Source: Euglena gracilis (Eukaryota). From it: 64,000 nt of DNA. Made by a program: the position numbers and the translations under genes. The stretch spans positions 19,206,642 through 19,270,641 of the forward strand of contig CP154954.1 of the NCBI GenBank assembly GCA_039621445.1, given 5' to 3'. This document shows, one piece after another, positions 51,042 through 64,000 of the stretch. Position 1 is the stretch's first letter. The number at the start of each line of letters is the position of its first letter. The notes beneath the pieces are model-generated. The model saw only the letters and a list, made by a program, of their open reading frames with translations. It searched no databases and was not told the origin of the DNA.

Positions 51042-54000
51042 TGATTTTTTTTCAAAAAAATTTGAAATCAAGTGCAGGATTTGAAATCAAGTGCAAAAAT
51101 TCAAGAATATTTTTTGAAAACCAGCGCAGCACACTTGGGAAGGAAAACTTCCACAATTAAGGCTTGAATCAGGAGACAGAGTTTGGGTTAGACCCACTGC
51201 ACAGCACGGGGCACTCCCCCCGTCTCATCAGTTGTTCCATTTTGCACACACGAGAAGCGAACTGTTTTGTTTACCTTTGCATCTTCAGTGCTCATAATCT
51301 TTCAAAGAGAACCAATCTAGAAACACCCTACACAATTACGGCCGCATATTTTTTCTCTTCGTTTTTGTTTTCTCTCAACACACCATCACTGTAACCGCCC
51401 AGATTGTAATTTTTCCCGGTTGGATCCAGGGTGTCTCGGCCATTATTGTCAATTTTAACATGCCTTTAAGGCCAGCAATGACACCTCGGAGCGTTGGCAA
51501 CAGTTGATGTTTGGACACACATAGATGGTCATTGTCAGGAAGCCCCGCTTAGTGCCCAGCCGAAAATCGCATGAAAAAGCCCATTATAAGGCCCTTGGAG
51601 CCATCGGTGCCAGGGCGATAGCACAGCCCACACAAAAACCCATCCTCCTGCAGGGGGGAGTGCACTCTCCCCCCTCACACTTTGGGGGGTACGACCCCCC
51701 TTAAAAAGAAACCTTGGTGTGTGTCGGTGTCAGAAGCTTTTTGTTGAGGGTGGACCTGTCCTTTCTTAGTTCTGACCGACCCAAAGAGGTTTGGGGGGGG
51801 GACCACGTTTTGGCGACCGTGAATTGAGGGGCAGCCTGGGCGGCAGCAGGATTTCGTGCTCTCCCGGGAAGGCGCTGCAACCACCCAAATGGATGAGCTT
51901 GTTGAAGAACGCGCGGGGGATGAGGATGACGAAGAGGTGCACCGTGGGCATCAATTCACACTCGGGCCCTCGGGGGAGGGGGTGGGCACCTTTCCTGGGC
52001 CAAAACCCACCACAGAGTTTTCTGTCGCAGGACGTCGCAAATGCACGCATGTGGGGGCCGAATGATTCACTGTGGATACTTCGTCCTTCACTTTCAAGCA
52101 CCTATAGTTGACCCTAGATTTTTGCCATTTTCGGCCATTTTTTCCTATAGGGGTAAAATTACCTTAAAACCCTTTCATACCAACAATGCAGTAGGGAAAC
52201 TAAATAGTGGGACACGAATTTTGTGGGTCATACCCAACCCCCAGCTCCAAAGCCTCTGCCAGGCCATGGAATGTGGTGATGGTGTGTGCACACTGGCATG
52301 GCCCCAGCCTGCTCCGCTGCAGCACACTGTGATAAATTTAGGCCAACCCTATGCGAGCAGGTCTTTTCCATTTTCTTACCCTTTTGAACTCGAAGCTAAC
52401 CCAGCCGTAGGTAAGGGGACGAGGCGGCTCACACTGCAGTGAGTGGCATTTGGACCCCAACTTTGAACAATGCAAGTTGGCAATCCCTGTCAACGTGGAC
52501 TGATGGTGCGATGGCCTCGACATGCCGACCAATTTGGGCAAAAGGAGGCCAAAAATGGTAGTTTCGCCCAAATTGGTCGTCATGTCGAGGCCATCGCCCC
52601 ATCAGCCCACGTTGACATGGGTTGTTTACTTGCATTGTTCAAAGTTGGGGTCCCCTTACCTGAGGCTGGGTTTGCTTTTGCAATCCCAAAAAGGTCGGAA
52701 AATGGAAATACCTGCTCGCATAGGGTTGGACTGAATTTTGCACAGGTTGCTGCAGCAGATCTGGCTGGGGAACTGCTGCGTTCGACAATTTTCGACCATT
52801 TTCGGCCATTTTCGGGACCCCCACCTGTAGAGCCCAAAATTTCATTTCGGCCATTTTCGGCCATTTTTACTGTAGGTGCTTGTTAACTTTTCAAGGTGGA
52901 TTGTCGCAAACAACTTTGCGTTTGAAAGCCACCAACCCACATGCACTCACCCATCCAAAGCCAGCCGAAATTGGCCTAAAATCCTCAAAATCAATCACAA
53001 CCCTGCCTGGTTGGGACTAAAGTACCTGTGGGTTGGTGGGCAAGCCGCAAACCGGGGGGGAGGGGTCCACCTGCCCAAACCCACCCAGCCACTCTCGAAA
53101 TTCCACTCACCCATCCCCCATGGGGGGTCACGCAGGGATTGAGTGAATGGATGGCCCCGAAGGTCGGGTTGCCATCCTGGAGGCTGGTGGAGGTGAACCC
53201 TGACCAGACAAACTGCTTCAACCCCAGGGACTCCGGCGGGCACTGCGGCGATGGGATGGTTTCGTGTGCACTGTGTGTATCTACCCCCCCCCCCCGGGAA
53301 ACTGTCACCTGACAGGTTGGCCAGTAATGGGGACCCTGACAGTTTCCCGGACGGGACCCTGACAGGCTCTCGGGCATGACAGTTTCCCGGGGGGGGGGGT
53401 ATAGAATGCTGATGAATGCACCGGAAAAAAGGGCTGCAAAGGGCAATTGTGGGAGTGGGCGGTTCCCGCAATTGCGCAATTGGTTCTTCTGCACAAAGGA
53501 AATGGTCCATTCAAATTATGGATTTGCACAATTGTGTGGTTATCAATAATTGTACATGAGCAATTAGAAGGATTTTTGTGTTCAAAGGCTGGGACACTTT
53601 TAGTTTGGGTGGAAATGGTCTGTTTCCACTCAACAAATCTTTCTAAAGTCAAAATTTATGGGTATGATGAATACATTTTGCAAATCTAGGTGCCGGTTAT
53701 TGGTGCTGCAAAAAAAAACGGTGCTTTGTGACTTCGCCCACCAAATCAATGCCCCCCAATTTTGGGGCCCAAATTTTGTCCCGAAAATGTGGGTACAAAT
53801 CTTAATATCTGACAAAAAATTATGGAAAAAATCGACGTTTCTGGATCATCTGCCGTCCAAAAAAAAAAGCAAAATTTCAATAGAAAGTGCAATAAATGAC
53901 CCCAAAAGGGTTCTTGGTTGCTATTTTGGGTCCTATGGGAGTTGGAAAATTTTCGAAAAAAATTAAGCAGCTGTTACACTCCCAAACATCACCTCCCTCA

Positions 54001-55420
54001 GGACGGGACTTTGGGAGAAAAAAATAATACCCCGCAGGGTATTATTTGGGGTGCAACCACAGTTTCTCGACATTGATTGTCCAGCTTCCACCAGACTGGC
54101 TTTGAAAGCTCTTGGTTGGTTTTGAATTGGTTTCTTTGTGCAAATGCGCAAAATGTTCCTACATGCAATTGTGCAAAGGCGAACGTGTTGGGGTCAACAA
54201 GTGTCAACATAAGGGGAGTGATGTGGCCCAGAACTTAACTACATTGTGGTGGAAATCCTTCTGTGCTCTTTATGCCTTCACCTACCACAATTTTCAGAGT
54301 CATACACCAGTCTTTTTCCTCCCATAATATTTTTGCGTGTGGAAGCCAGGCTTCGTTCAAGATCCCCGGGGAAGGGGTCCCCCCTTGGGAGAATGGGGGG
54401 TTCACTTATCCTGGGTATTTTCCTGTGTCAAACTGGGGGCAACAAATCAAGCTGCATTTGTCTGAAGACAGTTTCAGGGGGTAAGCTGTTTTCTTGTTCC
54501 TTTTCACGCATTTGTGCAAAGGAACCTGAGCAATTTTTTTTTTCAATGCCGGTTGGACACCGGCACTCTGTGTGTGGGCCGTCACCATTTTTGCGGGGCT
54601 GAACCGCAAAGGAAAGGCCAAATTCGATGTTCTTGAACTTCCAAGTCATCCAGTGCAAAGGGAGGAGACAGGTCCGGATAAGACAGGTCAGTGGGTACAG
54701 AATGCTGAAGAGAGTTTCCTGGGCAGTTGGCGGTTAAAAGGAAAAAAATTGACAAAGGTGACACAAAAAAAAAACAGAAATGAATTTTTTCAGAAATTTG
54801 TAAGCAGCAAAATTGCCTTGATTTCCAAAAAATTTTGGAGACAGGGCAGGGGGTACAGGGGGGGGGGGGCATCCCTATGGGGTTAGGGTTAGCAGTTGAG
54901 GACATTTTGCCGAGGGGGGGGGTAGGTAAATGTGAGATCAGCCGCCTAAAGGAAAGATGGGAAACACAGAGGACACAAAGCAGTTGTTTTTTTTTTTCAC
55001 CAATGAAAAAGAACATTAAACACAGATAATTGTTGTGTTGCATTGAAATTCCACGGATTGAAGCATGGTGGTATTTGGCATTGGTATTGGGGCATTGAGG
55101 TTGTATTTTGCTGGGTTTGTTGTGGTTGGATGTAAAGGTGGTTGGGTTGTTGTGTGGGGTTGGGTTGGTTGGGGTGGGGGTTCCCTGGAAACTCGAACCC
55201 AGTTAGGGAGTGTATTTTGCTGTTGAGGTTTTGTAGTTTTACGTCAGGTGTACTTTTGCCGAGAAAGAACTTTCTGAAGCGAGAAAGTTCTTGGTGGATT
55301 ATCTGGACAATTACGGCTGTGTATCAATTCCGGAATCCCTGGCCTTCTCCACATACAGCTGCAGTTGGCTGGGCTGTAGAGTGGTACGGCGGTACAGCGT
55401 GACAGACTGGTCAGAAGGTT
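50128..55420 (-). CDS. Gene A ART catalytic exons (55345-~55420, 53157-53219, 51842-51943, 50128-50230)
   Basis: Spliced reconstruction: [109 protein letters not shown], containing the R, STS and ExE motifs. Confidence 0.85.
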
Positions 55421-58400
55421 GCAATAATTTGCTCAGTAGCAGATCGCAACTTGGACTTTGGTGGCAAAATAGAGAACTGTCGACGATACACCATCCAGAT
55501 GTGTTTGAAACATTTTGTATGCCACACTGTTAATGTCAGGGTCAGGGTTAGGGTTAGGGTTAGGGTTAGGGTCAGGGTTAGGATTATGTCATGTTTACCC
55601 TACCCCAAACCTGCCCCTAGCCCCAGTCAGAACAATCACCCAACTCCTATCCAAACCCTAACTCTACCCAGGCGGCTGGGATGTCAGCGCCATTCCTTGC
55701 AGCAAACACCCCCCCCAAGCGGCGCCCTGAACCACCTTCCTGGGCATGAATATTCAACATGTGCAAAAGCTCCGCTTCCTCCTGGCTTTCCCACCCCCTG
55801 AAATTCAGGCTGCTTGGTGTTCAGGTTATGACTGGATATGATATGTTGTGGCTGCCCATCACTTCATTTTTCATTCAAAGACAACGGCTGTTTTTTGATA
55901 TTTTTTTCTTTGCTTGGGGACAATGGTATCAGGGTGTTTTTGGGACCGGCACGCCATCAACCCAACCCCCAGAACAGGGGACTTAGAGGTTGGGTGGGCA
56001 CTGTTAACCAGGTTTTTGAATAGTGCTGAGCTCTTTGTCTTTGCGGTTTTTGACTGTAAAACCGATAATGTGGCTTGGACGCTAGGCAGAGGCGGAGTTA
56101 TGGGAAGCAGTTTTGGTACGTTTTGATGCTCATTTTCGGCTCAAAAACAGTTTTTCTGGGTCCGGGGGGCAATTTTTTTCGATTTTTTTCGACTTTTTCG
56201 ACCCGTTTTTGACCCAAACTCCATGGGTCTCGGCCCAAAAACGGGGGGCGGGGGGGGGGGTTGAAAAACGCTCATGCTTCGCTCTTGCCCACGAAGGGAT
56301 AAGAGCTCAGCGACCCCCCACCTAATAGAAGCAAGGGGCCGCTAAAAGCGCAGGGTCCAAATAAAAGCGCACCCCCTGCTTTCGAAGGCCGAAAGCGGCG
56401 GTCCGCTACCAGGAAATCAACCAGGAAATCCTTACTAAGGATATCAACAAAAATCGCGCAGGCAGGGTCCAAATGGAAGCGCACCCCCGGAGGCGACGGT
56501 CCACTGTAAATGCACCTTTCTATTAGGGGGCTAGGGGTTAGATGGGTGTATCCCCTATCTTTACCAAACAACGCCAAATCCTAACATCATTTGAATGAAA
56601 CGTACTCCACCCGTCAGTGTTCATAAAGGCCTTCAGAACAGCAAAGCCCAAGGTTGTGCATCGTGGCATTTCTGACACAGATGCTCTTTTGACGTCTGAG
56701 CCCAAGTTTGAAAAACAAAACCATTTCCAGGAGACCAAGTGCTGGTGTTGAGTCCAAATCCGAAGGTTATTTCAGTGCATATGAAATCGTTTGGCGTTTA
56801 CAGGAGGAGCCGGCGAGAGCATCCGGTGGTCCCCACCAGCAGCGCCTTGATAAAAGGCATGAAGTAGGTGAGGTCCTCCTCCTTGTCTCTGGCATTGGGT
56901 GTTTATCGCTGATTGCACAACCACTGTCCGCGGATCTGTGCTGTCCTGACACTTTCCCATATGTCCTCTCCTTGAACGCCATTGCCTTTAGTGTTCATTG
57001 GGCTTGGGAGGCGTACTGCCTTCTCACCTTGGTATTTGTCCTGCCGCTGTCAACCTTTGTATTTTGCTGCAAGCGATGGATGTGACACAGGAATGTAATG
57101 ATCGGAGAAGAACATGGACACGGGCGTTTGCTGTTATCAGACGATCTTACCAGTACGCTTAGTCAGCCAATGTTCTTCCCGGCAGGCTTTGTTGCACTCC
57201 TGGTACACCCAAGTGTCCACGGTGTAGAGCCACAACAGGGCCTTCGTGATTTGGTTGGGGTCGTCTTTGACTGCCAAGCAAGGCACAGTGGAGGGAACCA
57301 GGTCAAAAGATGCAACAGAATGGACATGTTGAATGCCGTTAACATAAAAAACGAAACAAAAATGCACCTGGAAACTAAATATAAAGGCTATTTTGAATCA
57401 TTTAGAAAGGAAATCATTAAAATACTGTGCGGCTTTTGTTGTTTGATCCTCCAATGAGACACCCAAAAAACACCTGTTCCAGGCAGTATGGGAATGTATG
57501 TTGTCCCACAAGCCACCGGACGCCCCTACATACCCACCATCATACCAAGAATTTTTCTAGGACCGGAGGGCAGCATATCAAGGTTTTTTTTTGAGGCTGG
57601 GGTGGAAGGGAGTTCCCCACACTCACCAGGGCTCACCCCCTTCCCCTCCTGAAGGGCAGAGGGAGGGTCCAGGGGGGATCAATTTAGGGGCAAAAAAAGT
57701 CAAAAATGGCCAAACCCCGGGGGACCCACAAAGCAAAGCCCTTGGTGTACCCCCGAGGTTCCAGTTGCCCCCCCCACCCTCCCCCCCACCGTTGTCCACC
57801 GGTCCTCTAGGGTGCTGCCCAGGAAATGGCTAGCCGTTTCAGTTTCAGCGTGGCAGCCCTGCCTGGGGTATGCAATTGCATGCGATTGCTGAAGGCGTCG
57901 ATGTCGAGGGGCTCCAGCCCTTTCCGGTCGCCGTACTCCGGAGCCAGGGCTGTGCGCTGGGCTGGGATGGGGGGGGGGGGCGCCCCCCCCCAGCACCGTG
58001 CAAAGCACCGACGCTGAAAGAAACCAATGACCTAATAAAATAATAAAATAATAAAATAAAATAAAATAATAAAATAAAATAATATAATAATAGTACAAAA
58101 TAATATTTAAAAAAAATAACAATATGTGGGAAAAAAGGGGGGGAAGCAACGGGGTGGGAGATGGCAGGCCCCCCTGCCAACCCCCGCGCAGAGCCGAGGT
58201 GGGGTTGGCACCGCCTGTTTCTTCAGCCTTGTGCCAGTCGCACACCGCTGCGCCACAAACTCAGGAAGATGTCGTTCCCGGTGCAGCGGGCAGAGTGAAT
58301 GAGTTCGAGGAAATTGGGCCCCGGCTGGAGCATGGCAGCGGAGACCCAACGAGTGGCAGTGACATACCGGCAAACAGGAGGAAATGAATGGACCACTTCA

Positions 58401-61400
58401 TTCAACCAAAGACATGCCAAAAGCATTTGTAAAAACAGATGTGTATTTGTTGTACATGGCGTTAACGGTGAAAATCTGCTTTTCACCCTTTGTGGTGTTG
58501 CACCTGAACCGATGCATGGAGCCGCACACAGTGTTTGTGCACGGGGGCTCCGGGGGAACGTCGGGGACTCCCGGTGCCGCTGTGGCCGGGGGTGGGGGTG
58601 GCTGTGGCCAGGTCCGCCGACCGTCCCTCCGGCGGGGGAATCCTGGAGGCGTTTCAATAGCAAAGCCAGGAGCACCAAGGGCAGACAGGTAGAAGTTGAA
58701 CATCCACCATACACACACATTCACACACAGATGCACACACACACAACACGCAACAAACACGCACACAATTTCGTGTGCGTGTTTGTTGTTGACCCTTACA
58801 AACAACCATTTTGGAGACATTTTCCAAACAAGACAAACTCCAGATGGGTCAGAAATGTTTTGTTTCTAAAGTTGTCTGCAATCCGCCTTGAAAAGTGAAG
58901 GACGAAATATCCTCAGTGAATCATTCGGCGACAACATCCGTGCAACTGCGATGCCCTGCGACAGAAAATTTGTCCAAAAAAAACTCAGAAAATCTGGTCC
59001 AAGCCATCGACAGTTTTCGGGTTCTGTGCTTCACAATGGGAAACCATCAAAAATGTCTGGAACTATTATTAAAGGCATATTAAAGGCAGAACGGTCCAAT
59101 TTCACAAAAGGAAACGAACGTTGGATGTGCAATAAATTTCAAATTGATGCGGACTCTCCATTGGATCGGTTTTTGGTTTCAATAAAAGAGGTAAAGATAA
59201 AAGACATTACACCCATGGACGAAGGCGCCTAAAATGAATAGTTAGTAACATTGACACATGTCCTCACACAATTTGAAATGAAGCGGACACAATTAATTTT
59301 AGACAAGACCTTGCACAAATTGTAGAGGCTCCTGGATAAAACAGCGTGTGGTTCCAACACATCAAGGCGCAGAAGGTCTTCTTTATTGGCCAGAGACAAT
59401 GCCTGAAGTGAGTTATATCCCAGTCAGGGCAAAGGGGTAAAAAGTGTCTGTTCGTGTGGGCACAAAAACACAATCACAATCACAATCACAATCACAAGGG
59501 GGGCAGGGCAAAACGGGAAGACCTGGTGGGGGGTGGTCGACCCCCCCACCACAGCATTTTCACCAATTTTGGGAAAATGGAGACGTTGGACGGGGAAAAT
59601 TTTGAATTTTTTTGAAAAATGAACCCAAAACACATGATTTTTTGATGGAAAACCACATTTTCCACAAAAAAATGTCAAAAATTTCAGGGTTAAAAACTGG
59701 CAGCTTTTAGGAGGGGGGTGAAAAAAACGAAGCTCAAAAAAATTGGACCAAATCCTGGCAAAGTCGAATTTTACTGAAATTTTTTCTCTTTGATTTTTTT
59801 TTGATTTTCAATGGCATTTTTTTTGCTTCACCAACCTCTCAAAATAAAGATTTGGAGAACATAATGAAAAATTGGAAGATGTGAAAAAATGGGGTTTTGG
59901 GGGTTTTTGGAGGGACCCCCTACATGGGTTCCAAAATGGGACAAAAAAAAACACCCTGCGCCGAAAGCGGGGGAAAGTTTTTTCGGGCTCAAAAATTGGT
60001 CCACCAGGACAAAGGGAAGGGAGGGGTGGTCGACCCCCCACCCACCATGCAGGGGTGGGGGGGGGTCGACCCCTCCCACCACCCTGGCTGTTTGGCCGAT
60101 TCCTGTTCTGCCCTGGGGGGGGGGGGGCTTTGGGAAAACACCGAAAATTGATTGGAACCTTGGCACCTTGCCAGGTCTAAAGGCCGCTGCAGCCACAGGA
60201 TACCCACCCACACAAAATGCTTCCTGGAACCCCATTCCACAGCCGCGATTTGTCAGTATTTGTGGTTCCACAGAGAAATTCAAGGTAAGAATGCACTACT
60301 GTGCCCTGGACCAGCTTGAGCCAGGCGAGCGGCGTACGGGGACAAATGCAGTTCCGCCAGGAGGGCCTCCAATTCAGCCTGGGCCAGTGCGTTGGACATC
60401 GTAGGGGAGGTGACGTGTGAAGCAGATGAATCTCCCCAATGACATTTGGGTCCTTTGGCGTTTTTTCTTTTTCGGTCACCTGTTTCGATTTCATTTATAT
60501 CGTAACACTCTTCTTCGATTGTCATTTTACGGGCGATGCTGGGGTCAGGGATTTCCACCAGTTCGTGCTAGGCAGCCTGAACTCCGGTTCGTGATTGTTC
60601 GGGATTGTCCGTGCTTCCAAAGAGACCACCCAGTTTTCTGTTTTCCTTGGCAAAATAGGTGATCCCTCTTGTACTTTGGCTTCTTGTGGCGCTTTTAATC
60701 TAACTGGGAACCCGACACCAAAGGACAAAAATACACTTTTGAAAAAACCTGAGTAGCACGCTTTTGAGGGGTGATTTTGCCACCTCCTCTCTTCCATGAT
60801 CTTTTCTCTTTGGTTGATTGAACAACACCGTCATTTCTCAGAAGAAGCCATTTCTGCAAGGGTGACGAAAAAATCCGGTTCGTGATTGTTCGTGATTTTG
60901 CCAAAGTCCCAAGTTCGTGCTGGTTCGTGATTGTTCGTGATTGTTCGTGACACGAACCGGTGAAAAACCCTGCTGGGGGTCACCTGAGCTGTGCATCCCA
61001 CTGCCGCTATTTACCAAATAATCACAAGATCTTTCACTTTTTTCCCCACAACACCCCCTCCAAATCAACCCTGTCCTATTTGCTTCAGAGGTGAAATGAT
61101 GGGGGGAAAAATTCCCTTCCCATTCACCAGGTGCTTTGACAAAGGGGGAGATATTTGTGCATGTTGCGTGGAGCGGGTACAGTGGAATGCGCAAACCACA
61201 GATGCTCACAATTTTCGACGCTGGGGAGTTCCTGGCCTTTCTGAGAATCTCTCCAAAAAGCTTAGCAATCCTTTGAAGCTAGATTTGATGAGACATTGGT
61301 GATGGTATGCATCCTCGTGCTTTCAAATAGAACAGTAAACCAGAAAGAAAAGAATGGTTCGTAGGCTGGTTATGTAATAAATGGAACGCGTTTGCAACAC

Positions 61401-64000
61401 ACTGCAGGTGGGGGTAAAAGAAATACTTGTGCCTGTGGCGTCATGAGCAAGTTTCAGCTCTGGGTTGGATAATGAAGCTGGATACTTGGCGGCGCGCGCG
61501 CTCGCACACACACACACACACATCACACACGCACACACACAAATGTTCGGAGAGTTTGATAAAATTAAGGCCGGATGAACTCCCAACTTTACAGTGGTTT
61601 AATAACAAAAAAGGGTGGCATGGGTCAAATACTTTGGTGAGAAACCTTTAAATTTGAAAATTTCCTTAAAACAAGAAACCACCCCCGAATAATAAAAACC
61701 CGTGGGTCCCGACGCTGGTGCCAAACATTGATTCACTTAGTGGCCCCCCAGGTTCAGTCCGGATCGCCCGAAGGCTTGGCCTGGCATATTGTTTCAAGAA
61801 TTTTTGGCTGATTTTCGGCAGGTTTAAAGTGGGCTTTGGGCGGGTGGCTTGGTGGAGGGGGTTAGTCACGGGTGGGTTTTTGGGGGGGGGAAGTGGTTGG
61901 GTGGGTTTGGGACCGGGAAAAAAAACAACCAGTATCGAAAGCCCACCCACCCACCTACATCCTGGAGGCAGTGTGAGTGAATCCATGGTGTTCAATAAAT
62001 AAATTAGGAGTTTGATTGCAGGGGAAGACCAAGCTTACCAAGCCTACAACATTCCACGCTTCCCAGGCCAACCAACCCAAAATATGCTCCTCATGTCAAA
62101 GAGACAAAAAAATTCACAGAAAAAAACAAAGAAGAATACAAAACACAAAACTTGAAACCATGCAAAGCAAAAATGGACTTTGATTTTCAAATACCATTTC
62201 TGAAAGCATTGCACAGCAGAGATGCCCCAGTAAAGGCTTTTTTTTAATCCCCCCCCAAAAGACCCTTGGCCGCGTGTGACCCTCCGACGAGGAGGTAAGC
62301 ACAATGGAATTTCCTTGGGAAAAAGTTTTTGGGATGGAATTTTCTCCCAGGGGTATCAAACCCGCCATATTTCTCATCATATTTGGCCATTCCTCAAGAA
62401 TTATCGTGCTTTTGCACAAAACAATTTCGGCTCAACCCTAACCCAGGCCCACACCAGCCCAAGGGGGGGGGGTCCTCCAAGTCGGTAGAAAAAAGGTACT
62501 AGGTGGAACCCCTCAGAGGGTGGAGCTGAGAAAGAAGTTTCCATCCAAAATTTTATGCATTTCCCCCATTTTTTGACACCTTTCAAAAAAAATCAGCATT
62601 TTTTTCGCTTGGCGTCTGGCACCTCGTCCGAAACTTTTTTGACAACTTCCTCGTCCTTTTTAGGATCTGCAAATAACAGAATATACAAAAAAAATAATAT
62701 TTTGCACAGAGAATATGAACAAACACACAAGAGAATATGAATAAATATATGAATTCTTAAGAGAATATATAAATTTTTTTCTTGTATTGCAAACCTTGAA
62801 AAGCGCAGGCTTCTCAGCTGTAAACTTTGTTGGGTGCTTTGCGACCTGCTTTGCAATCTGCAGATCCGACTTCCGGTGGGGCCGGTGACAAATCTGTCTG
62901 TCGGTAATTTGAAGTGTAGATGGAGTTGGGGGCAGCATACCCCTCAAGCAACCGAAAAAAATAAATAAATGCATAAATAAATAGAAAATAAATGCATTCT
63001 TAAAAAGATGTTAAATCGGAAAAGTATATGGGATTTCTCTGAGGTGGCAAGTAGTCTCCTCTGCTTCCAAACATCAATAAAACCAAACGGTGTGCTCAAC
63101 CAGTTACTCTTGGAAAAAGCAATAAGGCAGCAGACTTGGTTTTTTTTTTACAAGGGCGGGCAGACCCCCCAACCTGATCCCTCAGAACTCCCTGGAGCTC
63201 TGCCCACCATCTTTACCTAGGGTTTACCTGGGGTTTAGGACTAGCTAAATATCTGAGAAGGCGTCCGCCGAGTCATTGGGCACAGGGGTCGGGACAAAAA
63301 AATCAAAAAAATATGACCCCCAAAATACGACCCCCCTGGGGGTTCCCTTCCAGCAACAACCCCAAAAGTAAGAGGTCATGATCTTGGGGGAGGGTAACCA
63401 ACAAATGCAAACTGCTTCTGGACTGGCTGAAATGGACTGTATTATTTTAAGGACGCCAGGGACTCTAGAAGAAATTGCCTATACCAGTCACTACTTCCAC
63501 AAATGGGTAGGAGGAGTAGATTTTCGAATGACTCCCCTTCACCCTTGGCAAATTTCTCATATGATCTGGCCCAACCTGCAACTACACATGCCATATACCT
63601 TGAACGGTATGAACGGTACGTTATTAATTAACAGGTTGCATTCATAACAATGATTGGCAGAGGGAAGTGCTGATGAGGTCCATTCCGCCACGACACTTTG
63701 ACCGACTGGGGGCCGTTGAAATCCACCTCGGTCACCACCCCCACGTTGCCGGCACCCCCGTCCTGGTCACCCCACTGCCACGTGGGCCCACGGATGACAC
63801 GGCTGCCGGCAGGAGCGTGCTCCAGTGATCAATTTTTTGTCAAAACCGGAGGGTGATGGAGGCACTGGAATCAGTATTTTCAGGCAGAGCACATGTTGAA
63901 CGAAGGTTGCATCACAGAGAATTTGGAAAAATGGATGGCATACAACCCCCTGGTTGCCAACGTGCCAACGAGTGTACTTGCCACCATCGGCATTGAAGCG
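50128..64000 (-). CDS. Gene A (multi-exon, 5'-partial): MIB/HERC2 - SAM - ARTC-type mono-ADP-ribosyltransferase
   Basis: Collinear homology with gene B; MIB/HERC2 at ~63660-63817; SAM at ~60305-60420 and 59338-59410; ART motifs; stop codon at 50128. Confidence 0.85.
50347..50619. mobile_element. MITE family 1 copy
   Basis: Same termini and subrepeats as 5385-5606. Confidence 0.85.
52334..52738. repeat. ~400-bp foldback (long imperfect inverted repeat), intronic
   Basis: 52347-52420 is the reverse complement of 52651-52727, and 52455-52542 of 52562-52651 (imperfect matches). Confidence 0.85.
53220..55344 (-). other. Nonconventional intron, 2125 nt, 13-bp terminal stem
   Basis: GGCCAGGGATTCCGG ... 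CCGGAGTCCCTGGGGTT; CAG at +4..+6 and CTG at -8..-6; joins the ART exons in frame. Confidence 0.85.
53282..53401. mobile_element. MITE family 1, short copy
   Basis: TAC(n)GGGAAACTGTCA ... TGACAGTTTCCCG(n)TA. Confidence 0.85.
55535..55582 (+). repeat. Interstitial telomere-like (TTAGGG/TCAGGG)n
   Basis: About 8 tandem hexamers. Confidence 0.8.
63660..63817 (-). CDS. Gene A MIB/HERC2 domain exon
   Basis: [43 protein letters not shown]. Confidence 0.9.

Noticed and set aside
54560-54660. Coding-like segment [13 protein letters not shown]
   Set aside because: Lies within intron 53220-55344, whose removal already gives a continuous ART domain

Overview
This is intron-rich eukaryotic nuclear DNA, most likely from a euglenid. 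That assignment is inferred from non-GT-AG stem-forming introns (CA(G) at +4..+6 pairing with (C)TG at -8..-6) and an articulin-like VPV segment. The minus strand carries two tandem paralogous multi-exon genes. Gene A (3' part only, 50128 to beyond 64000) encodes MIB/HERC2, SAM and a complete cholera-toxin-type (R-STS-ExE) ADP-ribosyltransferase domain. Gene B (about 43 kb to below 1) encodes SPRY-like, Mib-repeat/SH3-like, Zn finger, SPRY-like, two [Mib-repeat-like + MIB/HERC2] modules, SAM and an ART domain that runs off the window. One predicted 6.3-kb intron of gene B holds a plus-strand, (GA)n-flanked retroelement-like insertion (35918-42132). It contains two apparently identical 892-bp tandem units, each with a type III hammerhead ribozyme fold with an atypical core (UCGACAA, U3-A8 covariation). 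It also has a third, canonical hammerhead, a truncated GIY-YIG endonuclease ORF (Penelope-like), two 2A-like GEAx(N/H)PGP motifs, and no recognisable reverse transcriptase. Introns are full of MITE-like elements with poly-C/poly-G termini and microsatellites. Exon coordinates were assigned by eye and are approximate unless a junction is stated. All domain names come from motif recognition, not database searches.
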